64,000 nt of DNA from an uncultured Planctomycetaceae bacterium (lineage in GTDB: Bacteria; Planctomycetota; Planctomycetia; Isosphaerales; Isosphaeraceae): contig CAWIAD010000001.1 in assembly GCA_963833985.1 (NCBI GenBank), positions 320,001 to 384,000 of the forward strand. The letters run 5' to 3'. The translations under genes and the position numbers were made by a program. How positions within the stretch are numbered: position 1 is the first letter of the stretch; each line of letters starts with the position of its first letter. Shown here in pieces: positions 17,432 to 28,400 of this stretch. The notes beneath the pieces are model-generated. The model was given only the letters and a program-made list of their open reading frames with translations, had not been told where the DNA came from and made no database searches.

Positions 17432-18274
17432 GTGATCCACGTTGAACGGCTCTGCAAGTCTTTTCTGGATTACCAGCGCGGCTGGGTCTACGCTGTGCGC
17501 GACCTTTCGTTCGACTGCCACCCGGGGGAGATCTTCGGGCTGCTGGGACCCAACGGAGCCGGCAAGACCACCACGCTCCGGGTGCTGAGCACCGTGCTCA
17601 AGCCCTCCAGCGGCCGGGCGGTGGTGGCTGGCCATGACGTGGTGGCCGAGCCGCAGGCGGTGCGGAGCAGCATCGGCTACATGTCGGCCAGCACCGGAAT
17701 CTACGACCGGATGTCGGCCTGGGAGCTGGTCGAATACTTCGGCCGACTCTACGGTATGGCCGCCGAGCCGCTTCGCCAGCGCATGGAGACCATCTTCGGC
17801 TGGCTCAAGATGAACGACTTCCGCGACACCCTCGGCTCCAAGATGTCCACGGGCATGAAGCAGAAGGTTTCCATCGCCCGGACCATCGTGCACGATCCCC
17901 CGGTGCTGATCTTTGACGAGCCGACCTCGGGACTGGATGTCCTGGTTCAGCGCGTGGTGCTGGAGCGGATCCTCGACCTCCGCGACATGGGCAAGACGAT
18001 CCTCTTCTCAACGCATTCCATGCACGAGGTCGCGAAGCTCTGCCAGCGCATGGCAATCATTCACAAGGGACGCCTCCAGGTCGCCGGCAAGCCAGGCGAG
18101 CTGCTGGAGCAGTTCGGCCAGACCGACATCGAGGAGCTCTTCTTCCACCTGGTCGATCGAGCCGATCACCAGGTGGACGGGGACGAGCTCGACCCCGCGG
18201 CCGCGACTCTGGCCGATCCCGGCGACCCTGCGGGGAACTCCCGGTTCGTGCACCGAAACGAGATGGATCCATGA
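17432..18274 (+). CDS. ABC transporter ATP-binding protein, NatA-like
   Basis: GPNGAGKTT Walker A; STGMKQK signature; DEPTSGLD; H-loop. Confidence 0.9.
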   Translation: MIHVERLCKSFLDYQRGWVYAVRDLSFDCHPGEIFGLLGPNGAGKTTTLRVLSTVLKPSSGRAVVAGHDVVAEPQAVRSSIGYMSASTGIYDRMSAWELVEYFGRLYGMAAEPLRQRMETIFGWLKMNDFRDTLGSKMSTGMKQKVSIARTIVHDPPVLIFDEPTSGLDVLVQRVVLERILDLRDMGKTILFSTHSMHEVAKLCQRMAIIHKGRLQVAGKPGELLEQFGQTDIEELFFHLVDRADHQVDGDELDPAAATLADPGDPAGNSRFVHRNEMDP

Positions 18275-20436
18275 GCTGGTCGAACCTGTTCGTCATCTTT
18301 CGCCGCGAGGTCATCGACCAGGTGCGCGACCGGCGCACGCTTTTCATGGTCTTCGTCTTCCCGATCCTGCTCTACCCCATACTCGGTTATGGAATCATCC
18401 AGGTGGCCGCGGCACGCGAGAAGAAGCCCCGGCTCGTTGTAATTGTGGGTGCCGAGTACTTGCCCGCGGACCAGCCCTTGCTGAACGCGGAGCGCAACGG
18501 ATTCCAGACGCAGTTGCTCGACCCCGCGCACGACACCTCTGCGCTCATGGTCCAGGCGGAGTCGGCCCAGGGTCCCTGGGCCTCGCCCGAGCGCCGGGCC
18601 GACGCCATTCGAGACGGTACGGCCTCCGCCGTGATGATCATTCCGCCCGACCTGCCGCGGCAGTTTCGCGTCAAGAATGACGTCGAGATCCCCATCCTTT
18701 ACCGCAGTGTGGACGAGGCCAGTCAAATCACGTTCTACCGGCTCCGGGAACTGCTCGACCGCTGGAAGCGGGGAATTGTCGAGGCGCGCACGCGGCAGGA
18801 CCACTTGCCGGAGGGCTACACCCAGCCCATCCAGGTGAAGCCCCAGGACGTGGCCACCGCCCAGGAGGTGCAAGGCATTACCTGGAGCCTGATCTTCCCG
18901 TTCCTCCTCGTCCTCATGTCTCTCACCGGGGCCTTCTATCCGGCCGTGGATCTGTGCGCCGGCGAGAAGGAGCGCGGGACGATGGAGACGCTGCTCATCA
19001 GCCCGGCCACCCGCGCGGAGATCGTGCTCGGCAAGTTCTTCACCGTCATGCTTGCCAGCATGACCACGGCCGTACTGAACCTCCTGAGCATGGGTCTGAC
19101 CGGGATCGTCCTGGCGCAGAACGGCGCCAGCCTGGCCCGCGATGCCGGTCAGCGCACCGTCACCATGGCGCTGGCACCCCCCACGATGCAGTCGGCAATC
19201 TGGATGCTGCTCTTGCTGATCCCCCTGTCGGCCTTCTTCAGCGCGGTTTGCGTGGCACTCTCCGTGCTCGCTCGCAGCATGAAGGAGGGGCAGTACTACA
19301 TGACGCCCCTCTACCTCGTCTGCCTGCCCCTGATCCTCCTGACCCTGATTCCCGAAACCAAGCTCAACTTGTTCTACAGCCTGGTACCGGTCACCGGCGT
19401 GGCCCTGCTCTTGCGGTCGCTCATCATGGGCGATTATGCCACGGCCGGGCAGTATTTCGTCCCGGTGCTGGTGCCGACCATCGTCTATGCCTGGACGGCC
19501 CTGCGCTGGGCGATTGACCAGTTCCAGCGCGAGGAGGTGCTTTTCCGCGAGGCGGAACGGTTCCAGGTGGGCGTCTGGCTGAAGCACCTGGTCCGCGATC
19601 GCGCTCCCTTGCCCACAGGCGGGCAGGCGGTCCTTTGCTTCGCGCTGATCCTGTCGGCGTCGTGGTTCCTGATGGAGTACATGGCCTTTCAGGGCATCGG
19701 CGCCAGCCTGGCGGCCGTGGCTGCCGGTCAGTTCCTGATCCTCTTCCCGCCGCTGATCATGGCCGTGATGCTGACGGCCTCGCCGCGCACCACCTTGCGG
19801 CTCGCGTGGCCCGCTCCTCGCTATTTCGCGCTGGCCGTCGCCTTCCCGCTGGCGCTCAACCCGCTGGTGAACCAGCTCGGATACCTGGTGGAGCACTGGT
19901 TTCCCATCTCTTCGGTGATTCGCCAGACGCTCAGCCAGATCATGGCGGAGTCTCCCAGCCTGTGGGTCAGCGTCGGCGTCTTCGCGCTGGTACCGGCGGT
20001 CTGCGAGGAGCTGGCCTTCCGCGGCTTCATCCTTTCTGGCCTGGAACATCAGCGGCGGACCCGCTCGGCCATCCTCCTCTCGGCGCTCATGTTCGGCTTC
20101 CTGCACGTCCTGCTCAGCCTCTTCCAGCAGCTTTTCAATGCGACCCTGCTGGGAGTGGTGCTCGGCCTGCTGGCTGTCCGCAGCCGCAGCCTTCTGCCGG
20201 GCATCCTGTTCCACTTCCTGAATAACGCGCTGGCGATCACGCAAAGCCATCTGGCCGGCGCCCTGAAGCGCACTGGACTGGCGTTTTGGCTCTATCGCAA
20301 TCCGGACCAGGGTCTTTATCATGAGTTCTGGATCGCGGTCAGCTTGCTGGTCTCCACGGCCCTTTTTGTCTATCTCTGGAAGATCGATCGGCCCGGCCTG
20401 AAGGCGGATCCGCGGGAAGTGGCCCCCGCCTTCTAG
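18271..20436 (+). CDS. NatB-like ABC-2 permease fused to CPBP/Abi intramembrane metalloprotease
   Basis: [21 protein letters not shown]-terminal [22 protein letters not shown] overlap with ATPase. Confidence 0.9.
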   Translation: MSWSNLFVIFRREVIDQVRDRRTLFMVFVFPILLYPILGYGIIQVAAAREKKPRLVVIVGAEYLPADQPLLNAERNGFQTQLLDPAHDTSALMVQAESAQGPWASPERRADAIRDGTASAVMIIPPDLPRQFRVKNDVEIPILYRSVDEASQITFYRLRELLDRWKRGIVEARTRQDHLPEGYTQPIQVKPQDVATAQEVQGITWSLIFPFLLVLMSLTGAFYPAVDLCAGEKERGTMETLLISPATRAEIVLGKFFTVMLASMTTAVLNLLSMGLTGIVLAQNGASLARDAGQRTVTMALAPPTMQSAIWMLLLLIPLSAFFSAVCVALSVLARSMKEGQYYMTPLYLVCLPLILLTLIPETKLNLFYSLVPVTGVALLLRSLIMGDYATAGQYFVPVLVPTIVYAWTALRWAIDQFQREEVLFREAERFQVGVWLKHLVRDRAPLPTGGQAVLCFALILSASWFLMEYMAFQGIGASLAAVAAGQFLILFPPLIMAVMLTASPRTTLRLAWPAPRYFALAVAFPLALNPLVNQLGYLVEHWFPISSVIRQTLSQIMAESPSLWVSVGVFALVPAVCEELAFRGFILSGLEHQRRTRSAILLSALMFGFLHVLLSLFQQLFNATLLGVVLGLLAVRSRSLLPGILFHFLNNALAITQSHLAGALKRTGLAFWLYRNPDQGLYHEFWIAVSLLVSTALFVYLWKIDRPGLKADPREVAPAF

Positions 20437-20558
20437 GGTGCTCGACCGCCGCGAGGCCCCGCCCGCGAATCCTGGCTCCCGGCATCTTCCCCAGCGCGTG
20501 GCCATCGGGCGGGTCAGCCACGTGCCGGTCGCGCGGCGGTGGCAACAGGACCAAAGCG

Positions 20559-21857
20559 ATGCGACGAGACTCCCTGGTCATCCAGGCGCGGTACGTTTTT
20601 CCCGTGGAAGGCCCGCCCATCGAGGACGGTGTCGTGGCCATTCAGGGGGGCCGCATCGGCTGGGTGGGCCCGGCCAGCGAGCGCCCGGGCGACCTGGACC
20701 TGGGCAACGTGGCGATTGTTCCCGGTTTCGTGAACGCGCACACGCACCTGGAGCTGGCGGCCCTGAACGAGGCCCCGAACGGTGGTTTCGAGGAGCAGAG
20801 TCCGGACGCTCTGACCGGCCCGCACACGGAGAACGAGGTCGCCTGGCTGCGCAAGGTGGTTGATCAACGCCGTGACGCCTCCGTGGCGACATACCGGGTT
20901 GCCGTGGGCCGGAACTTGCAGGCGAGCATCGCGGCCGGTACGACCCTGCTCGCGGACATCACGACCGCGGGCCTGAGCTGGAACCAGGTTGCGGCCAGCA
21001 CGCTCAGGGCCGTGGTCTTCGCGGAGGTGATCGGACTGAAGCGCTACCGCGCCCTCCAGAGCAGCGACGCGGCATGGGACTGGCTGGCCACGGTCCGTCC
21101 GGAGAACCAGGTCGCCGCCTGTGCCCGCCCCGGCCTGAGCCCGCACGCGCCCTACAGCACCTCGGACTTGCTGTACCACCGGGCGGCGGGAAGCCGGCTG
21201 CCCCTCTGTACCCACCTGGCCGAGATGCCCGAGGAGCTCCAGCTCCTGGAGCACCGCAACGGTCCCTTGCGGCAGTTCCTCGAAGACCTGGGCGCCTGGG
21301 ATGATGACTGGGAGCCGATCGGCCCGCGCCCCGCGGATTACGTGCGCCGGGGCGAGCTGCGCAACGCCGACTGGCTGCTCGCTCACTGCACCTATTTCGA
21401 TACGTCCGAACTCTGGCAGCTTCGTCCCGAGGCCGCGCCGGGAAACCACCGGGTGGCCGTTGCCTTCTGCCCGCGCACCCATGCCCGCTTCGGCCATGCG
21501 CCTCATCCCTACCGGACCATGCTCGAAAAAGGGGTCATCGTCTGCCTGGGCACCGACAGCCTGGCGTCGAGCCCGAGCCTGAGCATCCTGGATGAGATGC
21601 GGTTTCTGCATCGCCGCGACCCGTCACTTTCCGGCGAGCTGCTCTTGACCATGGCGACGCTCTTCGGCGCCTGGGCCCTCCGCGCGGAGACGACCACCGG
21701 CAGCCTGCGTGCCGGCAAGGCCGCCGATCTGGCCATCATCCCCTTGCCCGACCGGACCGCGGCCGACCCCTACACCCTCATCCTCGAGTCCGGCGAGCCC
21801 GTCCTGGCCACCGTCTTCGAGGGCGACTTCGTGACCGGCCCCTGGCGCGGGCTTTAG
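20559..21857 (+). CDS. Metal-dependent amidohydrolase (candidate aminodeoxyfutalosine deaminase)
   Basis: NAHTHLE, SPHAPYS, THLAE, AHC, CPR, LGTDSLAS motifs; downstream of mqnA/mqnC. Confidence 0.8.
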   Translation: MRRDSLVIQARYVFPVEGPPIEDGVVAIQGGRIGWVGPASERPGDLDLGNVAIVPGFVNAHTHLELAALNEAPNGGFEEQSPDALTGPHTENEVAWLRKVVDQRRDASVATYRVAVGRNLQASIAAGTTLLADITTAGLSWNQVAASTLRAVVFAEVIGLKRYRALQSSDAAWDWLATVRPENQVAACARPGLSPHAPYSTSDLLYHRAAGSRLPLCTHLAEMPEELQLLEHRNGPLRQFLEDLGAWDDDWEPIGPRPADYVRRGELRNADWLLAHCTYFDTSELWQLRPEAAPGNHRVAVAFCPRTHARFGHAPHPYRTMLEKGVIVCLGTDSLASSPSLSILDEMRFLHRRDPSLSGELLLTMATLFGAWALRAETTTGSLRAGKAADLAIIPLPDRTAADPYTLILESGEPVLATVFEGDFVTGPWRGL

Positions 21858-22001
21858 AACCAGTACCGTTGAAATAGCGTTCACTCGAAGCGGTTAAGAG
21901 ATCGGCGTGGAGCATTCCCGGTAAGCGATGGTCCATCGCGGTCCTCGATGGGCGAATCCGGCTCGAAATTCCTGCCGGGTTGCGGACACCCTCCACACCG
22001 G

Positions 22002-24916
22002 TCACCTCCGCAGATGGGCTTTCAGGAACTTCCCGGTGTGCGAGGCCTTGCAGGCGGCGACCTGCTCCGGCGTGCCGGCCACGACCACCTCGCCCCCGCC
22101 GTGCCCACCCTCCGGGCCCAGGTCGATGACGTGGTCGGCCGTCTTGATCACGTCCATGTGGTGCTCGATCAGGATCACCGTGTGCCCGGCGTCCACCAGC
22201 CGGTTGAGCGCTTCAAGCAGCCGCTCCACGTCCGCCAGGTGCAGGCCGGTCGTCGGCTCGTCCAGGAGGTACAGGGTGTGCCGCGAGCGCTGGAGCTTGC
22301 TCAGCTCGGTGGCAATCTTGATCCGCTGTGCCTCGCCTCCGGAAAGCGTCGTCGCCGACTGGCCCAGCGTCAGGTAGCCCAGCCCCAGCTCGCTGAGGAC
22401 CTCGATCTTCTTGCCCACCACCGGCTCGTCCGCGAAGAACACGGCCCCTTCCTCGACGGACATGTTCAGCACATCATCGATCGTCTTGCCGCGCAGCGTG
22501 ACCTCCAGCGTCTCGCTGTTGAACCTCGCTCCCTTGCACGTGCCGCAGGTCACCTCGACGTCGGGCATGAAGTAGAGCTGCGTGGTGATGACGCCTTCTC
22601 CCTGGCACTCCTCGCAACGGCCGCCCTTGACATTGAAGCTGAACCGGCCGGCCTTGTAGCCGCGCTCCCGCGACACCGGCGCCCGGGTGAAGAGCTCGCG
22701 AATCGCGTCGTAGAAGCCGATGTACGTGGCCGGGTTTGACCGGCTGTTCCGGCCGATCGGCGTCTGATCGATGTTCACGATCTTGTGCACGTGCTCCAGC
22801 CCGTCGATATTCTGGTGCGCGCCGGGGAGCGTGCGGGTATCGACGAGCCGCTTCCAGAGAGCTTTATAAAGGACGTCGTTGACCAGGGTGCTCTTGCCCG
22901 AGCCGGAGGCGCCTGTCACCGCCACAAGCAGGCCCAGGGGGAATCTGACGTCCACCGCCTTGAGGTTGTTCTCCCGCGCCCGCGCACCGTGAGCGCCTTG
23001 CCGTTGCCGCCCCGGCGCTGTTTTGGCGTGGTGATCGATCGCTTGCCGGAGAGGAATTGCCCGGTGAGCGACCGGGGACACGCCAGTACGTCGGCGAGTG
23101 CTCCTTGCACGACCACCGTCCCGCCGTGCACACCGGGTCCGGGCCCCATCTCGATGAGGTGGTCGGCCGCTCGGATGGTGTCCTCATCGTGTTCCACGAC
23201 GACCACCGTGTTGCCGATGTCGCGCAGGCTCTCCAGCGTGGCGATCATCTTCACGTTGTCCTTGGGGTGCAGGCCGATGCTTGGCTCGTCTAGCACGTAG
23301 AGCATTCCCATCAGCCCCGACCCGATCTGCGTGGACAGGCGGATGCGCTGCGATTCGCCGCCGGACAGCGTTCCGGACCGGCGGTTCAGGTTCAGGTAGT
23401 CAAGTCCGATGCCCAGCAGCAGCTCGAGCCGCCCGCGAATCTCCTTGAGCACCTGCCGACCGGCATCGGCACCTCGGCCGGCAGGCTGGACCGTCCCCAG
23501 GAAGGCATGCAGCTCGTCGAAGTTGAGCTGGCCCACCTCGTGGATGGACTTGCCGGAGACGGTGAAGCAGAGCCGCGTCGCGCGCAGCCGCGCTCCCTGG
23601 CAGTCGGGGCAGATATGCTCGACCATCACGCTGCCCAGCCAGGCTTCCATCCCCGAGTTCGCCTCGCCGCGCTGACGGTAGCGGCGATAGTGCCGTTCGA
23701 TCCGCCGCGCGATCCCGCCGAAGCCCACCTCCTTTCCCTCGTCGTCCTTGCGGGCGGCCTTGGCCTCCGGCGGCGAGACGAGCACGAGCTTGCGGTCGAG
23801 CCCGTTCAGGATGGCCTGGCGAGCCGTTTCAGGAAGCTGCTCCCACGGCGTATCGAGTGAGAACCCGAGCGTCCTGGACAGGCTGAACATCATCCGGCCG
23901 TCCCACGTGTCCGGGTTGTATTTGAACGCCTCGCGCACGAAGCAGCCGCCTCGGATGCTGCGCCGGGGATCCGGCACCAGCAGCTCGGGGTGCGTCACCT
24001 TGTACACCCCCAACCCACCACAGGTACGGCACGCACTTTCCGGGTTGTTGAACATGAAGTAATCCGGCTCGATATCCCCGTACACGAAACGGTGAGTCGT
24101 GCTGCATAGTTCGCGGTAGAATCGCTCGCTTTCGGCCTTGCCGGCGCCTTGGAGCACTTCCACCTGGAGCAGGCCGTCGCCCACAAGCAGGGTCGCCGAA
24201 ATCGCGGCCTTGATCGCCTTCTCGTGCTTTGCACCCACCGCGAGCTGGTCCACCACCGCGTCCATGTGCCGTACCGCCGATCCGTCGAGCTCCACCTCCC
24301 CGGCAATGTCCACGGCCTTGCCGTCGATGATCAGCCGCCGGCAGCCTTTCTTCCGCACCTCCGTGAGCACGAAATCAAGGTCCTCGCCGTAGACCATGAA
24401 CACCGGCGCCCGGAGTGCGATCCGGGTTCCCTCCGGCAACGAGAGAATGGCCTCGAGGATCTGGCTCGACGACCTGCGGGGCGTGGTCTCGCCAGTGCGC
24501 GGGCAGCGCGGCTCGCCGATGGTCGCGAACAGCAGGTTCAGGTAGCTGGCGATATCGGTCATGGTGCCTACGGTCGACCGCGGGTTGCTGGCGATGGTCT
24601 TCTGCTCGATGGAGATGACCGGAGAGAGTCCGAAGACGAAATCGACATCCGGCTTGGCGACCTGGGCGACGAACCGCTTCGCGTAACTCGACAGTGACTC
24701 CATGTACCTGCGCTGGCCCTCGGCGTAGATCGTGTCGAACGCCAGGCTCGACTTGCCGGATCCCGAAAGGCCGGTCACCACGATGAGCTTGTCGCGTGGG
24801 ATTTCCACGCAGATGTTCTTGAGGTTGTGCACGCGCGCGCCCTGCACGGCAATGGTCGTCCGCGCCGCGGACCGTGAGCGAGTGCTGCGGTTGGTCGAGT
24901 TACGAGCGGTTGCCAT
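22002..24916 (-). CDS. uvrA: Excinuclease ABC subunit A (divergent paralog), split by a 1-bp frameshift near 22980
   Basis: [30 protein letters not shown], second ABC domain GASGSGKST / [10 protein letters not shown], Zn fingers. One extra G in a G-run restores TVRGARENN. Confidence 0.92.
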
Positions 24917-25841
24917 CCGGTTCATTCTCGAGGTGAAAGAATGCCAGCTCCTGCACGCCGGTGTTGCTCCGGCGCGTGAGCTGCACCGGCACGGAGGCTT
25001 TGCCAATCATTCCCTGGTCGGCCAGGTACTCGCACGCCAGGGAGACGCCGCCAAGATCGAAGTTGCGCCGGAAATGGTCCTCAAGGTCGGTACACGACCG
25101 CACCTCGGCGGCCTCGCGCAGGTGATCGAGCAGCGGCCGGAAGAGCGTCGCGGCGCGCTCGGCCAGGTAGCCGTCGACGGACGCCAGGGCCGCCTCGACG
25201 CCTTTCCGTGTCTTCCTGGCGTTGAGCAGGTCGGAGTAAATCGTTTTGAAGAACGCGGGGTTCAGCTCCATCGCCTGGGGGATCACCTCGCGATCGGCCA
25301 GGAGCCTGTTGCCGGCAACCTCGATCTGCGCAAGCGGCGTGGCGGCGTAGAGGATCCAGAGCGCCGTGTAGTTCAGGTCGCCGCGCGTGACGAGCCATTT
25401 GCGGGCCTTGTACACCGGCCCCAGCGCGTGAATGCCCGCGCGGAGGAGCTGCACTTGCGTATCGCGCTCGCCGATCTCGCTCAGGCGGGCGTACAGCTCG
25501 GCGATGGTCTCATCGTGTGAGAAGAGCAGCGTTCCCCTGGCCAGGAACGAATGCATGAACGAGTTGCGTATCGATCCCTCGGCCGTCTTGCGGAAATGGG
25601 CCCGCGGCATGAGCAAGGCGTGCACGTTCAGGCCGCTGGCATAGAGCGCCAGGTTGCTCGGCTCGGTCCTCTTGTCGTCGATGGTGACGAGCACCAGGTC
25701 GATATCGGACCCGGCCCACACCCTGTCGTGCGCCAGGCTGCCGCAGAGGAGCGCTGCCAGGATCGAGCGATCCTCCTTGACCAGCTGGATCAGCTCATCG
25801 AGCGCCCGGCGGAACCTTTCCTCGACTTGCACCTGCATCAT
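24900..25841 (-). CDS. Pol-beta superfamily nucleotidyltransferase-domain protein with helical and probable winged-helix C-terminal domains (YgxA-like)
   Basis: [19 protein letters not shown] (hG[GS]x9-13DhDh); overlaps the uvrA start by 17 bp. Confidence 0.75.
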   Translation of the reverse strand: MMQVQVEERFRRALDELIQLVKEDRSILAALLCGSLAHDRVWAGSDIDLVLVTIDDKRTEPSNLALYASGLNVHALLMPRAHFRKTAEGSIRNSFMHSFLARGTLLFSHDETIAELYARLSEIGERDTQVQLLRAGIHALGPVYKARKWLVTRGDLNYTALWILYAATPLAQIEVAGNRLLADREVIPQAMELNPAFFKTIYSDLLNARKTRKGVEAALASVDGYLAERAATLFRPLLDHLREAAEVRSCTDLEDHFRRNFDLGGVSLACEYLADQGMIGKASVPVQLTRRSNTGVQELAFFHLENEPDGNRS

Positions 25842-26045
25842 GACCGACCGCCATTGCTCCTGGCGTGACCGTCCGCGTGGAAGACTCACCCGGTTTGCCG
25901 CAATACTTTATCACGACGGCGGTGCCGACGATTGAAGAAACCTGAGACAGCGCCGCAGCTCGCGCAGCCTGGACGACGACCTCCTCTCCGGTCAGAGGGT
26001 CGACCCGAACCGCGGATGCCCGTCGTGCTCCACTGCCTGGGCATG

Positions 26046-26152
26046 CGGTGCGTCGTCGCTGCGCTGGACCTACTGCTGTCGACACCGGATTGCTCGCCCT
26101 GCCAGGGGGTAACCAAATCGTAGGGTGCGTCCAGCGCAGCGACGACGCACCG
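26046..26152. repeat. Pair of inverted GTAG-family REP-like elements (26046-26073, 26120-26152)
   Basis: GTAGGGTGCGTCCAGCGCAGCGACGACGCACCG with internal GGTGCGTC/GACGCACC hairpin; second copy inverted and internally shortened; recurs at 41.4 kb. Confidence 0.85.
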
Positions 26153-26453
26153 GGAAGACCACCATGGCCCAGTGGGGGCCTCCCACACACGAGCATCTCG
26201 AACCGTGCGTGGCCCCGTCGCCCGCTCCCTTCGCCCGCTCCCCGCTTCGCCCGCCCCTTTGCTCCACCTTCGCCCCGTAGTCGGGTTCACGCGATGAGTC
26301 GGCGCCCGTGAGCCGCACGGGTGACAGGGATCGGCGCGCGTTTGACGATCGCAGGTCTGCTGTTCTATGATCTGGCGAAGTTCCCGCGTCCTGGCACACG
26401 GCACGCGGACTGAAACCCGTTACGACGCTTCCGACAGGCCAGGAACCCACACG

Positions 26454-27731
26454 ATGAGCTGTAATGGACCGGTGGCGATCATCCTTGCCGCGGGGCAGGG
26501 CAAACGGATGAAGTCCACCAAGGCCAAGGTGCTGCACGAGGTCTGCGGCAGGCCCATGATTCACTACGTCGTCGAGGCGGCTCGCGGTGCGGGCGCCCGA
26601 ACGATCATCGTCGTGGTGGGCTACGCCGCCGACCAGGTCCTGGAAAGCCTCCGCGACGAGCCGGGAATCGTCTTCGTGACCCAGTCGGAGCAACTGGGAA
26701 CCGGCCACGCGGTGAAGATCTGCCGTGAAGCCCTGACGGGCTACGAGGGTCCTGCCCTGGTGCTGGTGGGGGACGAGCCGCTCTTGCGCCCCGACCCGCT
26801 GGCCGATTTGCTGGCGCGGCAGGAGCACGAAGCCGCGGCCTGCCTGCTGGGCACCGCCCGGGTACACGACGCAATGGGCTTCGGGCGCATCCTGCGTGAC
26901 TCCACCGGCCGGTTCCTGCGGATCGTCGAGGAGCGTGATTGCACCCCGGAAGAAAAGCATATCCACGAGGTGAACCCGAGCTGCTACGTCTTCCAGCTCC
27001 CCTTGCTCTGGGAAGCGCTGGATCGGATAGGCACCAGCAACGCCCAGCACGAGTATTACCTCACCGACGCTCCCGAGCGGCTCATGGCGATGGGGCACAA
27101 GGTCCAGGCCCTCAACGTGCTGCGGCCCGACGATATCCTGGGCGTCAATACCCGCCAGCACCTTGCCCAGGCCGCGCTGGTGATGCAGGCGCGCATCCAG
27201 GATCACTGGATGACCGAAGGCGTCACCATCGTCGATCCGCACAACACCTACATCGACGGCCGGGTGAACATCGGTTGCGACGCGGTGATCCATCCTTTCA
27301 CCGTGATCTCGGGAGTCGTCAAGATCGGCAACCGCTGCCAGGTCGGTCCATTCGCCCATCTTCGCGACGGCACCGTGCTGGAGGACGACGTCGAGGTCGG
27401 CGCGTTCGTCGAGGTCAGCCGCTCCCACATTGACTCCGGCACCATTGCCCGCCACCTTGCCTATCTGGGGAATGCCAGGGTGGGCCGCAACGTGAACGTG
27501 GGCGCGGGGACGATCACCGCCAACTTCGACGGCACCCGCAAACACGAGACACAGATCGGCGACGCCGCGCGAATCGGCGCGGGCGCCGTGATGGTCGCGC
27601 CGGTCAACATCGGCGCAGGAGCCGTCCTGGGCGCCGGTGCGGTGATCCCGCGCGGCAAGGACGTGCAAGCTGGCGAGACGGTCGTCGGCGTGCCCGCCCA
27701 GCCACTGCCGGCACGCACCGACCACCGATAG
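26454..27731 (+). CDS. glmU: Bifunctional UDP-GlcNAc pyrophosphorylase / glucosamine-1-P N-acetyltransferase
   Basis: ILAAGQGKRMKS, KVLHEVCG, QLGTGHAV, EYYLTD, GPFAHLR, HLAYLGNA, GAGTITANFDG, hexapeptide repeats. Confidence 0.9.
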   Translation: MSCNGPVAIILAAGQGKRMKSTKAKVLHEVCGRPMIHYVVEAARGAGARTIIVVVGYAADQVLESLRDEPGIVFVTQSEQLGTGHAVKICREALTGYEGPALVLVGDEPLLRPDPLADLLARQEHEAAACLLGTARVHDAMGFGRILRDSTGRFLRIVEERDCTPEEKHIHEVNPSCYVFQLPLLWEALDRIGTSNAQHEYYLTDAPERLMAMGHKVQALNVLRPDDILGVNTRQHLAQAALVMQARIQDHWMTEGVTIVDPHNTYIDGRVNIGCDAVIHPFTVISGVVKIGNRCQVGPFAHLRDGTVLEDDVEVGAFVEVSRSHIDSGTIARHLAYLGNARVGRNVNVGAGTITANFDGTRKHETQIGDAARIGAGAVMVAPVNIGAGAVLGAGAVIPRGKDVQAGETVVGVPAQPLPARTDHR

Positions 27732-27790
27732 AGCGGCGATGACGGGATCTGGCGTCGCACCTCGGGCCTGGCTGGCGTGGAGGCGTTCCC

Positions 27791-28384
27791 GTGGAAGAAG
27801 GTCCTGAACCCCACGAATGGGTCGAAAGAGCCGCAGAGGAACACCATCACGGCCATGAGGAAGGCCACGAGGGGTCGACTGGCACCATGACTGTCTCAGC
27901 TGTCACCGCAGCCATCCTGGCCGTGGCCGCGGCCATCGGCTCGCTGCTCTCGGGGCATGCCGTCAACCAGGCCATCCTGGAGCAGACCAGGGCCACCGAC
28001 CAGTGGGCCTATTACCAGGCCAAGAGTACGAAAGGCCATGTCTACCTGGTGGCTGGAGAGATTGTCAAAGCTCTCACGCCTGGTGCGGGCCCGGGCACGG
28101 CCGCAATCGATTCACGGGGCCGGGCGATCGAGCTCTTCCAGCAGGAAGCGGAGCGCTACGACCGCGAGAAAGAAGAGATCAGGCAAGAGGCCGAGAAACT
28201 GGAAGCCGATAGCCGCCATGAATTCCACAAGCACCACCAGTTCGCGCTGGGGATCGCCTGTTTTCAGGTGGGAATCGTCCTCGCCTCGGTATCGATCCTG
28301 GTGCGCCTCCGCACCATTTACTACCTGAGCCTTCTGGCCGGAGCGGTCGGCGTGGTCTGGACGGCCTTCGGGCTCGCAGCCTGA
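27791..28384 (+). CDS. DUF4337-like membrane protein
   Basis: His-rich N-terminus; AILAV.AAI TM; DQWAYYQAKS; FQVGIVLASV C-terminal TMs. Confidence 0.75.
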   Translation: MEEGPEPHEWVERAAEEHHHGHEEGHEGSTGTMTVSAVTAAILAVAAAIGSLLSGHAVNQAILEQTRATDQWAYYQAKSTKGHVYLVAGEIVKALTPGAGPGTAAIDSRGRAIELFQQEAERYDREKEEIRQEAEKLEADSRHEFHKHHQFALGIACFQVGIVLASVSILVRLRTIYYLSLLAGAVGVVWTAFGLAA

Positions 28385-28400
28385 CAATGCGCAACGGAAT

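Noticed and set aside
22970..22990. Programmed ribosomal frameshift or phase variation in uvrA and other split genes
   Set aside because: No slippery heptamers or long homopolymers; the pattern across unrelated genes fits sequencing indels better
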